A DNA stretch of 5,753 nucleotides from a virus. Made by a program: the position numbers and the translations under genes. The notes under the pieces were generated by a model. It searched no databases. It was not told the DNA's origin and saw only the letters and a program-made list of their open reading frames with translations. Below, piece by piece: positions 1 to 5,523 of the stretch; within the stretch, counting starts at the first letter, position 1, and the number at the start of each line of letters is the position of its first letter. The stretch lies in IMG/VR virus record IMGVR_UViG_3300009419_002129. One strand, written 5' to 3'.

Positions 1-123
1 AGCAATTACGCCGAGTTTGCACCACGCTTGGTGTAACGCCATGCAACAAACAGAGCAATAACAACAAGAGCACCACCAAAAATTAATTTGGCATTTGCAG
101 TAACAGAAGTTAAACCTGATGTG
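1..123. repeat. Terminal redundancy, copy 1 (identical to 5631-5753); it marks the window as a circular 5630-bp replicon
   Basis: A base-by-base comparison of 1-123 with 5631-5753 shows 123/123 identity. The repeat boundary falls inside the coat-protein CDS, so it is not an att or LTR-type repeat. Confidence 0.9.
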
Positions 124-266
124 AATGCAGTAACATCAAGATCACCTTCAGCATGTGCAGCAGATGAAAGAACAGCTAAACCAGCAACAGTTGTAGCAAC
201 CCCAAGTTTTGTATAAGCATCATTTACTTTCTGAGCAATTGATGGTTTTTTTTCTTGAATTTCCAT
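6..266 (-). CDS. Major coat protein precursor (pVIII-like)
   Basis: The product is 86 aa. It has a hydrophobic leader ending in AHA followed by EGDLDV (an AXA signal-peptidase site after residue 39). The mature ~47-aa peptide has an acidic N-terminus (EGDLDV), a hydrophobic core (LIFGGALVVIALFVAW) and a basic C-terminus (RYTKRGANSA). A strong SD (AGGAG) lies 8 nt upstream of the ATG. The gene sits before a strong terminator and the pIII-like gene, as in Ff phage. Confidence 0.85.
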   Translation of the reverse strand: MEIQEKKPSIAQKVNDAYTKLGVATTVAGLAVLSSAAHAEGDLDVTAFTSGLTSVTANAKLIFGGALVVIALFVAWRYTKRGANSA

Positions 267-276
267 TGAAATTCTC

Positions 277-471
277 CTAAAGCAATTTAGCGGCTTTGGC
301 TATGACCGCAAAAGAAACGAATACAATCCACAACTTGCCAAATTCTCTGTATATCAATCGGGCTTCTTCACCAGTGATAGCCAAATAATCTGTAAAGTTT
401 GACTGTACGACCCAAGAAGCACACGTTTGAACACCCTCAATTACTTGTAATGTTTCACAGACGTATGCCAT
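277..471 (-). CDS. Small hypothetical protein with a C-terminal hydrophobic segment, in the pVII/pIX position; possibly a minor coat or assembly protein
   Basis: This 64-aa ORF lies between the ssDNA-binding-position gene and the coat gene. It has a C-terminal hydrophobic stretch (LWIVFVSFAVIAKAA). Its TAG stop overlaps the coat gene SD. Its own SD is weak (GGA). I recognise no motif in it. Confidence 0.5.
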   Translation of the reverse strand: MAYVCETLQVIEGVQTCASWVVQSNFTDYLAITGEEARLIYREFGKLWIVFVSFAVIAKAAKLL

Positions 472-483
472 TTTTTAAAATCC

Positions 484-513
484 AAAAAAAACGCTCAGTA
501 AAAATTACTGAGC
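484..513 (-). terminator. Intrinsic terminator or attenuator at the 3' end of the gene-V-position CDS
   Basis: The minus strand reads GCTCAGTA-ATTTT-TACTGAGC (8-bp perfect stem, arms at 493-500 and 506-513) followed by G and T8 (complement of A8 at 484-491). The stem includes the TAA stop codon at 505-507. Confidence 0.7.
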
Positions 514-747
514 ATTAGAAATTTGAGCATTAGCAAAATACAAACGATCACCTTTTAGAATCAGTTGTAAATCGACAAATTCACCACTTTCCGCAAGATC
601 AGCCAACTGACCTTTTTCAGAATTGTTTGTATAAGCAACAAACTTGGTAACAGGCTCAACAACTTCAAAAGTAAAGAGCTGATTACCTTTTTTTGATTCA
701 AATGTATTTAATTTAACGCCTTCAACTAAAACTTTAATTCCGTCCAT
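505..747 (-). CDS. Putative ssDNA-binding protein (gene V-like by size and position)
   Basis: The product is 80 aa starting at MDGIKVLVEG. The SD GAAGGG lies 7-8 nt upstream of the ATG at 745-747. The longer ORF-track start at 822 lies inside the -35 box of the predicted promoter and is therefore rejected. A small protein directly downstream of rep and upstream of the coat genes matches the gene V position. There is no direct motif evidence. Confidence 0.55.
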   Translation of the reverse strand: MDGIKVLVEGVKLNTFESKKGNQLFTFEVVEPVTKFVAYTNNSEKGQLADLAESGEFVDLQLILKGDRLYFANAQISNAQ

Positions 748-793
748 TTCTTTACCCTTCTGTTTGTCTGTTATCACAAAGTTTGTACGAAAT

Positions 794-822
794 ATTATGT
801 TGTCATGACAACAAGTTGTCAA
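794..822 (-). promoter_or_regulatory. Near-consensus sigma70-type promoter for the ssb-coat structural operon
   Basis: The minus strand reads TTGACA (complement of 817-822), a 17-nt spacer, then CATAAT (complement of 794-799). The -35 box matches consensus 6/6 and the -10 box 5/6. It sits about 45 nt upstream of the ATG at 747. Confidence 0.7.
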
Positions 823-837
823 GACGAAATGACAACA
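798..837. promoter_or_regulatory. Two operator-like inverted repeats built from the half-site TGTTGTCA/TGACAACA
   Basis: O1 is a perfect 16-bp palindrome, TGTTGTCATGACAACA, at 798-813, inside the promoter spacer. O2 is GTTGTCA-N8-TGACAACA at 815-837 and overlaps both -35 boxes. A 14/16 copy lies at 2308-2323. Confidence 0.7.
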
Positions 838-844
838 ATAAATT
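816..844 (+). promoter_or_regulatory. Candidate divergent promoter for the 60-aa regulator gene
   Basis: The plus strand reads TTGTCA (816-821), a 17-nt spacer, then TAAATT (839-844), about 38 nt upstream of the ATG at 882. It is weaker than the opposing promoter, and the two -35 boxes overlap. Confidence 0.45.
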
Positions 845-881
845 ACACTAAAAAACTGAGTTTTTTTTAAGAGATTTCAAA

Positions 882-1064
882 ATGATGGCGTATTTACGAG
901 TAAAGAAGATAGAAGATGAGCTTCTAAAAAAGATAAGTGAAGAACTAAATAGACAACGTTTAGACTTAGGAAAGAACGTCATGAAAGATAGTGAAATCCT
1001 TCACGACGTACTAATAAAAGCTTTAGAAAAATGCAAAGTTGAAGAAGGTGAGTTAATAGTGTGA
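882..1064 (+). CDS. Small putative transcriptional regulator (ribbon-helix-helix-like pattern)
   Basis: This 60-aa ORF is the only plus-strand ORF not buried antisense in a long gene. It is divergent from the structural operon across an operator-rich region. Its pattern fits a beta strand (AYLRVKKI), helix (EDELLKKISEELNRQR), turn and helix (SEILHDVLIKALEK), as in the CopG/Arc-type fold. The SD is weak (AAGAG). A second ATG at 885 is an alternative start. Confidence 0.55.
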   Translation: MMAYLRVKKIEDELLKKISEELNRQRLDLGKNVMKDSEILHDVLIKALEKCKVEEGELIV

Positions 1065-2222
1065 TTCCATAGAAGCAATTTCTCTTTTTGCTAAATCTTC
1101 TATTAATAAATAGGCTTCACTGGTGATTGTGCCGTAGTTCCCTGAACTGTAATCATTCTCCAGTGCAGTTAAATAAGTGTGACGTTTTTGATATTTACAT
1201 AACAATGAAAAAATTAATTGTGGTACTTCTTCTAAAGTAATACCCATATTTTCTGTTTCTTCTGCTAGTTCTTCATCTGTTTTTTCTTCAATTTCTAAAA
1301 GCTTTTTAAGACCACGTGACCAAACCAATTGACGAGCACCTTTAAAAGCAACTCCAAATTCCTGATAGAGCTTTCCATGTTGTTCAGATAATTCATGTTC
1401 AAGCATAGAAGATTGAAGCAGATCGAAAGGAGTTAAACCACCTTCACGACCTTTTTTGATATGGCCTTTTGTTAATTCACTTTCAACACCCCATTTAGAA
1501 ACATATTGTTCAGCATAAGAACCATCACGAATATCTAAACCATGTTGAAGGGATGGAAGGGGAAGATTTGCTTTTTGACAGCAGTTAATCCAGTGTTTAG
1601 AGAGGGATTGTTTTAATTCAAAGAAATTTTCAACAGGCTGACCATTTGTAAAAATCAAAATATGATAATGAGGATGCCAGCCATTTTTACCATGAGTAAC
1701 TTCAAAAGCACGAACTTGATATTCACGACCTAAACAATCATCTAAAAGAAACTTACCTTTCCGATCACCAAAGAAATAGCCTAAGGCTTTTTTTTGTCCT
1801 GCAATAAGAGAACGGAGAGAATGACTAGCAGAATGACTATTTGTAAGAGTTAAAAGAAGAATTCCACCCTGAAAACGATCTTTCCAAGTTTTAACACCCT
1901 GCTTTAATTCTTCACGACGCTTTTCAGTAATTTGTTTAGCACAGACAGGACAAGTCCAAATAGAACCGCATCGTTGAACATTACTCCAGTGAGCTTTGCA
2001 TCTTTCTTCATTGTATTTAACAAAACGACCTTTAGATTTATCAATGCGTCTTTTTAAACAATTAGTGACTCTTTCACGGGGCAAAAGCTTTGCTGATTGA
2101 TCTTGTAATAAAAAATCATGAACCCTCTGAAAGCCTTTATTTTCGGGCGTGGACTGAGATTTCGTAAATATACCAAGGGCGTCGATTTTTGGGGTATTGA
2201 TTTGACTTAAAGAGGAATCCAT
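1053..2222 (-). CDS. Rolling-circle replication initiator, HUH endonuclease (pC194/pUB110 Rep_1-like motifs)
   Basis: The product is 389 aa. Motif 1 is ILLLTLTN (residues 121-128). The HUH motif WHPHYHILIF has the codons CAT CCT CAT TAT CAT, verified at 1662-1676. The candidate catalytic-Tyr motif is EQYVSK (Y240, codon at 1503-1505). An upstream Cys/His cluster reads C75-x2-H-x6-C85-x5-C91-P-V-C94, resembling the CxxxxCPxC element of Rep_1-family proteins as I recall it. Confidence 0.8.
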   Translation of the reverse strand: MDSSLSQINTPKIDALGIFTKSQSTPENKGFQRVHDFLLQDQSAKLLPRERVTNCLKRRIDKSKGRFVKYNEERCKAHWSNVQRCGSIWTCPVCAKQITEKRREELKQGVKTWKDRFQGGILLLTLTNSHSASHSLRSLIAGQKKALGYFFGDRKGKFLLDDCLGREYQVRAFEVTHGKNGWHPHYHILIFTNGQPVENFFELKQSLSKHWINCCQKANLPLPSLQHGLDIRDGSYAEQYVSKWGVESELTKGHIKKGREGGLTPFDLLQSSMLEHELSEQHGKLYQEFGVAFKGARQLVWSRGLKKLLEIEEKTDEELAEETENMGITLEEVPQLIFSLLCKYQKRHTYLTALENDYSSGNYGTITSEAYLLIEDLAKREIASMESHY

Positions 2223-2260
2223 TGTTTAATATATCCAGTGTCGCAAGCACAAATTCACCG

Positions 2261-2291
2261 AAAAAGCCTGAATTGCCGTTCAGGTTTTTTT
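2261..2291. terminator. Bidirectional terminator-like hairpin between the operator copy and the rep start
   Basis: The plus strand reads A5-G-CCTGAA (2267-2272), TTGCCG, TTCAGG (2279-2284), then T7 (2285-2291). The stem is 6 bp. The T-tract has 7 T on the plus strand and 5 T on the minus strand. Confidence 0.5.
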
Positions 2292-2299
2292 CGTCCTTA

Positions 2300-2327
2300 A
2301 AAATGTTTGTTGTCATGTAAACATTTT
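2300..2327. promoter_or_regulatory. Inverted repeat containing a third operator-like copy, upstream of rep
   Basis: AAAATGTTT (2300-2308) and AAACATTTT (2319-2327) form 9-bp perfect arms. Embedded at 2308-2323 is TGTTGTCATGTAAACA, which matches the 16-bp palindrome at 798-813 at 14/16 positions. Confidence 0.55.
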
Positions 2328-2436
2328 GATTAACTATAAAACAAAGCTGTAAAAAAATCTAATAAGAAAGCCAAAAACTAACAGCATAATGAAAAATTTA
2401 AGGCACCATTTAATAAAATCCATATTCCCTCAGTTC

Positions 2437-2484
2437 GCGCCCATGCGGGACGCTCTGTAACTCCCGTTTAAGATCATACGGGAG
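2437..2484. other. Pair of GC-rich hairpins just downstream of the zot-like stop (candidate packaging signal, complementary-strand origin or terminator)
   Basis: Hairpin A is GCGCCC-ATGC-GGG(A)CGC at 2437-2453, with 6 bp and one bulge. Hairpin B is CTCCCGT (2461-2467), a 10-nt loop, then ACGGGAG (2478-2484), with 7 bp perfect. The region is locally much more GC-rich than its surroundings. Confidence 0.45.
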
Positions 2485-2491
2485 CTTGTAA

Positions 2492-3859
2492 TCAGAGAGA
2501 AGAAGTTTCAGGATCAGATAATTGTTGTTCGGGAGCACTCCGCTCCCTCTGTTGCTGTTGTGATGAAGCAAAATAATTAAACGGACGATAACCATCTAAC
2601 CATCTTTGACAATCAGAAGCAGACACAGAAGGCATATAGTTACCTTGCTGATCTAAAGCCATAAGGCGACCACTGGAGAGCTTTACAACACCTGACATTC
2701 TAGGGAAGTCAGTAGGATTTAATTTTTCAGGTACATATTCAAAATCATAAGGCTTTGAAGGATTATAAACAGCTTGATAAACCTCTCCAGTAGAAGAAAC
2801 AGAAGATTTATTTTTAGAAAGATCATCAAACCATTTAACACATTCAGGCTTTTCGATATTTACTGCTTTTCTACATTCTTGGGAAAGATCACTGGAAGGA
2901 TTATCCATAGGCTTAGAACTAGAAGCCACAGTAGAAACGGTATTAGTATTTGATCCATTAGCTATTTCCTCTGCTTTTTTCTTATCAGATAAACCCCATG
3001 CAAACATAGCACCAGCGACACATAAAAATAAACCTAAAGGAATTAAACCAGCAGGTAAACGCTTTTTGTGGGTATCAATAGTTGTGGATTTATATAATTT
3101 AAAAACTCTAGGTTGTGGTTTAAAACTAAATTTTGATTCACAGTTAAGTTTATTTACTAATGTATTCGGATATTGTCGGCACGATCCAAACTGATAAACC
3201 TTCGGAGTACGTCCATAAGGTCGCGTGATATGCCAATGTACGCCAATCAATTCACGAACAATAGGATGAAGAAAAGAAGGTGATTGAGTAATCAAATAGA
3301 AATCAAAACCACGGTGACGATGAATTGTTAAATCCTGAATCATTCGATCATTGGATTTTTTGTCTGAATAAGGTTCTACGTTCTGAATCTCATCAATAAC
3401 AATAATAGAACCGTCTGGAGCTTCTCGCCAATCATGAATAAGAGCACGAACATTATCAATTTTTAGAGCTTTAATATTTGTGTAAATTGTGCGAACAGGT
3501 TGAAGAAACTCAAATTTTTGTTGTCCTTCACGATCATTAATACGCTCAATAATTTCGTTATAATAAATAGAACGCTGAAAATAAAAATCAGGACGTAAAT
3601 CATCAAATTCTTGATCTAAGAAATCCCAATAATCTTTATCAAAATTTAAAATCTCTGTTTTTAATTCATGACCTGAACCAACTTCATAGGTGTAATAATC
3701 AAAATCATCACGATAGAGATCAAATAAATTTTTATTGTGTTCATGAACAAGTTTATTTTTAGCAAGGTTGATTTTGTTTTTACGTTCAACTTCATCAAGT
3801 TTAGTGACTACAAAAGCGGTTTTACTTGCACCAGGTACGCCAGTAATTAAATGCAACAT
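2492..3859 (-). CDS. Zot/pI-like phage assembly ATPase
   Basis: The product is 455 aa. It has an N-terminal P-loop, GVPGASKT (residues 7-14, nt 3818-3841), a Walker B motif IIVIDE (152-157) and HRHRGFDFYLITQ, as in Zot-family proteins. A single central TM segment, LPAGLIPLGLFLCVAGAMFAWGL (~268-290), is followed by a Ser-rich C-terminal domain. The SD GAGGTG lies 9 nt upstream of the ATG. Confidence 0.85.
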   Translation of the reverse strand: MLHLITGVPGASKTAFVVTKLDEVERKNKINLAKNKLVHEHNKNLFDLYRDDFDYYTYEVGSGHELKTEILNFDKDYWDFLDQEFDDLRPDFYFQRSIYYNEIIERINDREGQQKFEFLQPVRTIYTNIKALKIDNVRALIHDWREAPDGSIIVIDEIQNVEPYSDKKSNDRMIQDLTIHRHRGFDFYLITQSPSFLHPIVRELIGVHWHITRPYGRTPKVYQFGSCRQYPNTLVNKLNCESKFSFKPQPRVFKLYKSTTIDTHKKRLPAGLIPLGLFLCVAGAMFAWGLSDKKKAEEIANGSNTNTVSTVASSSKPMDNPSSDLSQECRKAVNIEKPECVKWFDDLSKNKSSVSSTGEVYQAVYNPSKPYDFEYVPEKLNPTDFPRMSGVVKLSSGRLMALDQQGNYMPSVSASDCQRWLDGYRPFNYFASSQQQQRERSAPEQQLSDPETSSL

Positions 3860-3876
3860 TAGAAATTCACCTCAAT

Positions 3877-3926
3877 AAAAGCGCGCTTTAGGCTCGTCGA
3901 TGGCTCCTCGCCATTAGCGCGCTTTT
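3877..3926. terminator. Compound GC-rich hairpin between the pVI-like and zot-like genes (bidirectional terminator/attenuator or structural signal)
   Basis: The outer arms AAAAGCGCGCT (3877-3887) and AGCGCGCTTTT (3916-3926) are 11 bp perfect. An inner hairpin ATGGC-TCCTC-GCCAT lies at 3900-3914. T-tracts are present on both strands. The element abuts the pVI-like stop codon at 3927-3929. Confidence 0.55.
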
Positions 3927-4202
3927 TTATTGTTTGCCAAAAAATGTTTTTGTTGATTGTTGGGTGTATCTAGTAAGCATTGCACCCAAGATTAAAGAAA
4001 AGAAAATGTCAAAACCTGAAAGGCCCATTAGTTGAACTAATGTGTTAGGTATCTGGCCTAAAGATGATGTGAAAAGATCAATAGCCTGATTCAAGAAAAC
4101 AAGCATTGCACCACTGGTTAAAAGTGTTAATCCAGCACCTTCAAGAACATTCTTAAGAAAGCCTTTCTGTGTACTTGCTAAGATGGTTGATAAATTACTC
4201 AT
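3927..4202 (-). CDS. pVI/Ace-like small hydrophobic minor coat protein
   Basis: The 91-aa product has two to three hydrophobic segments (GAGLTLLTSGAMLVFL; GFDIFFSLILGAML). It lies between the pIII-like and pI-like genes, as in Ff and CTXphi. Its start overlaps the pIII-like stop (ATGAGTAA), which suggests translational coupling. Confidence 0.65.
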   Translation of the reverse strand: MSNLSTILASTQKGFLKNVLEGAGLTLLTSGAMLVFLNQAIDLFTSSLGQIPNTLVQLMGLSGFDIFFSLILGAMLTRYTQQSTKTFFGKQ

Positions 4203-5523
4203 TGACTTTCACCCCTCCAAGAATAAGAGCAGCTATAAAAGCACCGAGGGAAATAAGGATAGGTCTAACCCAATCAGAAAGAATCGAGCAGAAACCATCA
4301 AAAGAAAATTCAATTTTGAAAGGCTGACCGTAGAAATCAGAATCAATAAATACAACTGGAGCAGGACAACCAGAAGCTAAATTAATATCAACAGATTCAG
4401 CTTCTAAATCTAATTGTTCAACATCTACTTCTGTATCTTCTGAATCTTTTTCTTTTGTTGCCCATTCTTTAGCAGCAGTCCAAGCTTCTGAGATAGATAA
4501 AGCCCATTCTTCGGCTTTTGATTTTCCTGTTTCCCACCAATTTGTAAGAGTTTGAGGAAAAGAGATAACAACTTGAGCAGCTTCACAAACTAAAGGTGCC
4601 CAACCACAAAAAACAGGAAATTCTAAAGATAAATCCATTGCTTCGGGATTTTGAGTATTAGGCTTTGATTGTCCTTGAGCTTCATTGGCTTTTTCAGCAG
4701 CAGCTTCATCAGCAGGTTTTGTTTGAGCAGATGCTTCTAATTGTTGAGCAATAGGACGAGCTTTGGCATCGTCTTTTTCAGCTTCTGCAACAATGTCAGC
4801 AGCAGCAGCAGTTGTTGCAGCTTGAGCGTTTGTATCGCCTGATTCAGCATTTGAAATAACTTTTTGAGCTACAACTTCAAGAGGTAAAGTTTTTTGTTCT
4901 TCTTCAGGTTCAGCATTAGGATCATAATTAGGATTAGCAACACTTAAAGGATTAGCTTCATAGTTGCGATTAGGATAGCCAGGATAAGTGAGAACGGCTG
5001 TACATTTAATACGAACACCAGGTGTTTTAACTGATGAAGCAGTGGGACAAGAATAAGATTGAATAGTCCAACCTGCCATGTTTGTATTTAAAATTTTTCG
5101 AACAACTGAATCAAGAGATTCACAAGTACCACCATTCCAAGTCCAACAAACTGGGGAATCAGGAGGAACCTTTGTAGGGTCTTGTGGTTTTGTATAAACA
5201 ATCTGATTGTTTGCAGGATCAAGAACCCAATCTACAGAACCTAATAATTGTTCAACAGCTACAGACAAGGCATAACCAGCAGCACCACGAGCAAGAACTT
5301 TGGCAACACCACTTGCAGGAGGAGTAATTTTTGCAGTGCCTTTTTTTATATAATCGACACCATCAATAACAACTTTTTTTGTACCTTCATAAACAGTAGA
5401 AGCACCTTGAGCGACACCACCACCCAAAGTCCAACCGCCAACATTGGCAGCATAAATATTTGTACTAATCAAATTAAAACAAAGGACAAAAATCAGAGCT
5501 ATAAAGCTTTTATTATTAGCCAT
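4195..5523 (-). CDS. pIII-like adsorption/minor coat protein
   Basis: The product is 442 aa counted from MANNKSF, with the SD GGTGG 5 nt upstream of the ATG at 5521-5523. The signal peptide ends at IYA followed by A. The mature protein has eight Cys in four plausible pairs, followed by an Ala/Glu/Gln-rich low-complexity linker. The C-terminus, CPAPVVF...GQPFKIEFSFDGFC plus the TM anchor ILISLGAFIAALILGG, resembles the M13 g3p C-domain (CRPFVF..GKPYEFSIDC plus anchor) as I recall it. Confidence 0.8.
   Translation of the reverse strand: MANNKSFIALIFVLCFNLISTNIYAANVGGWTLGGGVAQGASTVYEGTKKVVIDGVDYIKKGTAKITPPASGVAKVLARGAAGYALSVAVEQLLGSVDWVLDPANNQIVYTKPQDPTKVPPDSPVCWTWNGGTCESLDSVVRKILNTNMAGWTIQSYSCPTASSVKTPGVRIKCTAVLTYPGYPNRNYEANPLSVANPNYDPNAEPEEEQKTLPLEVVAQKVISNAESGDTNAQAATTAAAADIVAEAEKDDAKARPIAQQLEASAQTKPADEAAAEKANEAQGQSKPNTQNPEAMDLSLEFPVFCGWAPLVCEAAQVVISFPQTLTNWWETGKSKAEEWALSISEAWTAAKEWATKEKDSEDTEVDVEQLDLEAESVDINLASGCPAPVVFIDSDFYGQPFKIEFSFDGFCSILSDWVRPILISLGAFIAALILGGVKVNE

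Noticed and set aside
1-123. Terminal direct repeats as att sites, LTRs or IS ends
   Set aside because: The repeat interrupts the coat CDS and continues seamlessly into the rest of the gene when the sequence is circularised. This fits an assembly overlap of a circular molecule, not recombination sites.
509-533. 10-bp direct repeat TGAGCATTAG at 509-518 and 524-533
   Set aside because: It lies in the coding 3' end of the gene-V-position CDS and simply encodes the repeated NAQ...NAQ C-terminal residues. One copy is also part of the terminator stem. There is no evidence of a separate function.
748-822. N-terminal 25 aa of the 105-aa ORF (MTTCCHDNIIFRTNF...)
   Set aside because: The upstream ATG lies inside the -35 box of the predicted promoter, upstream of the likely transcription start. 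The internal ATG at 745-747 has a good SD.
1053-2222. Internal in-frame start in rep producing a gene X-like protein, and an internal start in zot producing a pXI-like protein
   Set aside because: The internal Met codons (for example in SSMLEHEL and ETENMGIT of Rep) have no recognisable SD. In the zot-like gene no Met lies just upstream of the TM segment. The sequence does not support either product.
2380-2435. Possible XerCD dif-like attP (ATTTAATAAAA at 2408-2418 versus the XerD arm complement ATTTAACATAA; AACAGCATAA at 2380-2389 versus the XerC arm GCGCATAA)
   Set aside because: In each case only one arm matches. The partner arm at the correct 6-7 nt spacing matches at about 2-3 of 11 positions. 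AT-rich sequence gives partial matches of this kind by chance. It is worth re-testing once the host dif site is known.
2410-2595. 61-aa minus-strand ORF overlapping the 3' end of the zot-like gene and extending into the intergenic region
   Set aside because: It is out of frame within a well-supported CDS and has no convincing SD. Its composition is low-complexity and Leu/Ile-rich. Its 3' part is better explained by the GC-rich hairpins.
4183-4380. 65-aa plus-strand ORF
   Set aside because: It is antisense to the pIII-like and pVI-like genes. It has no SD or promoter, and its basic, low-complexity sequence is typical of an antisense frame.
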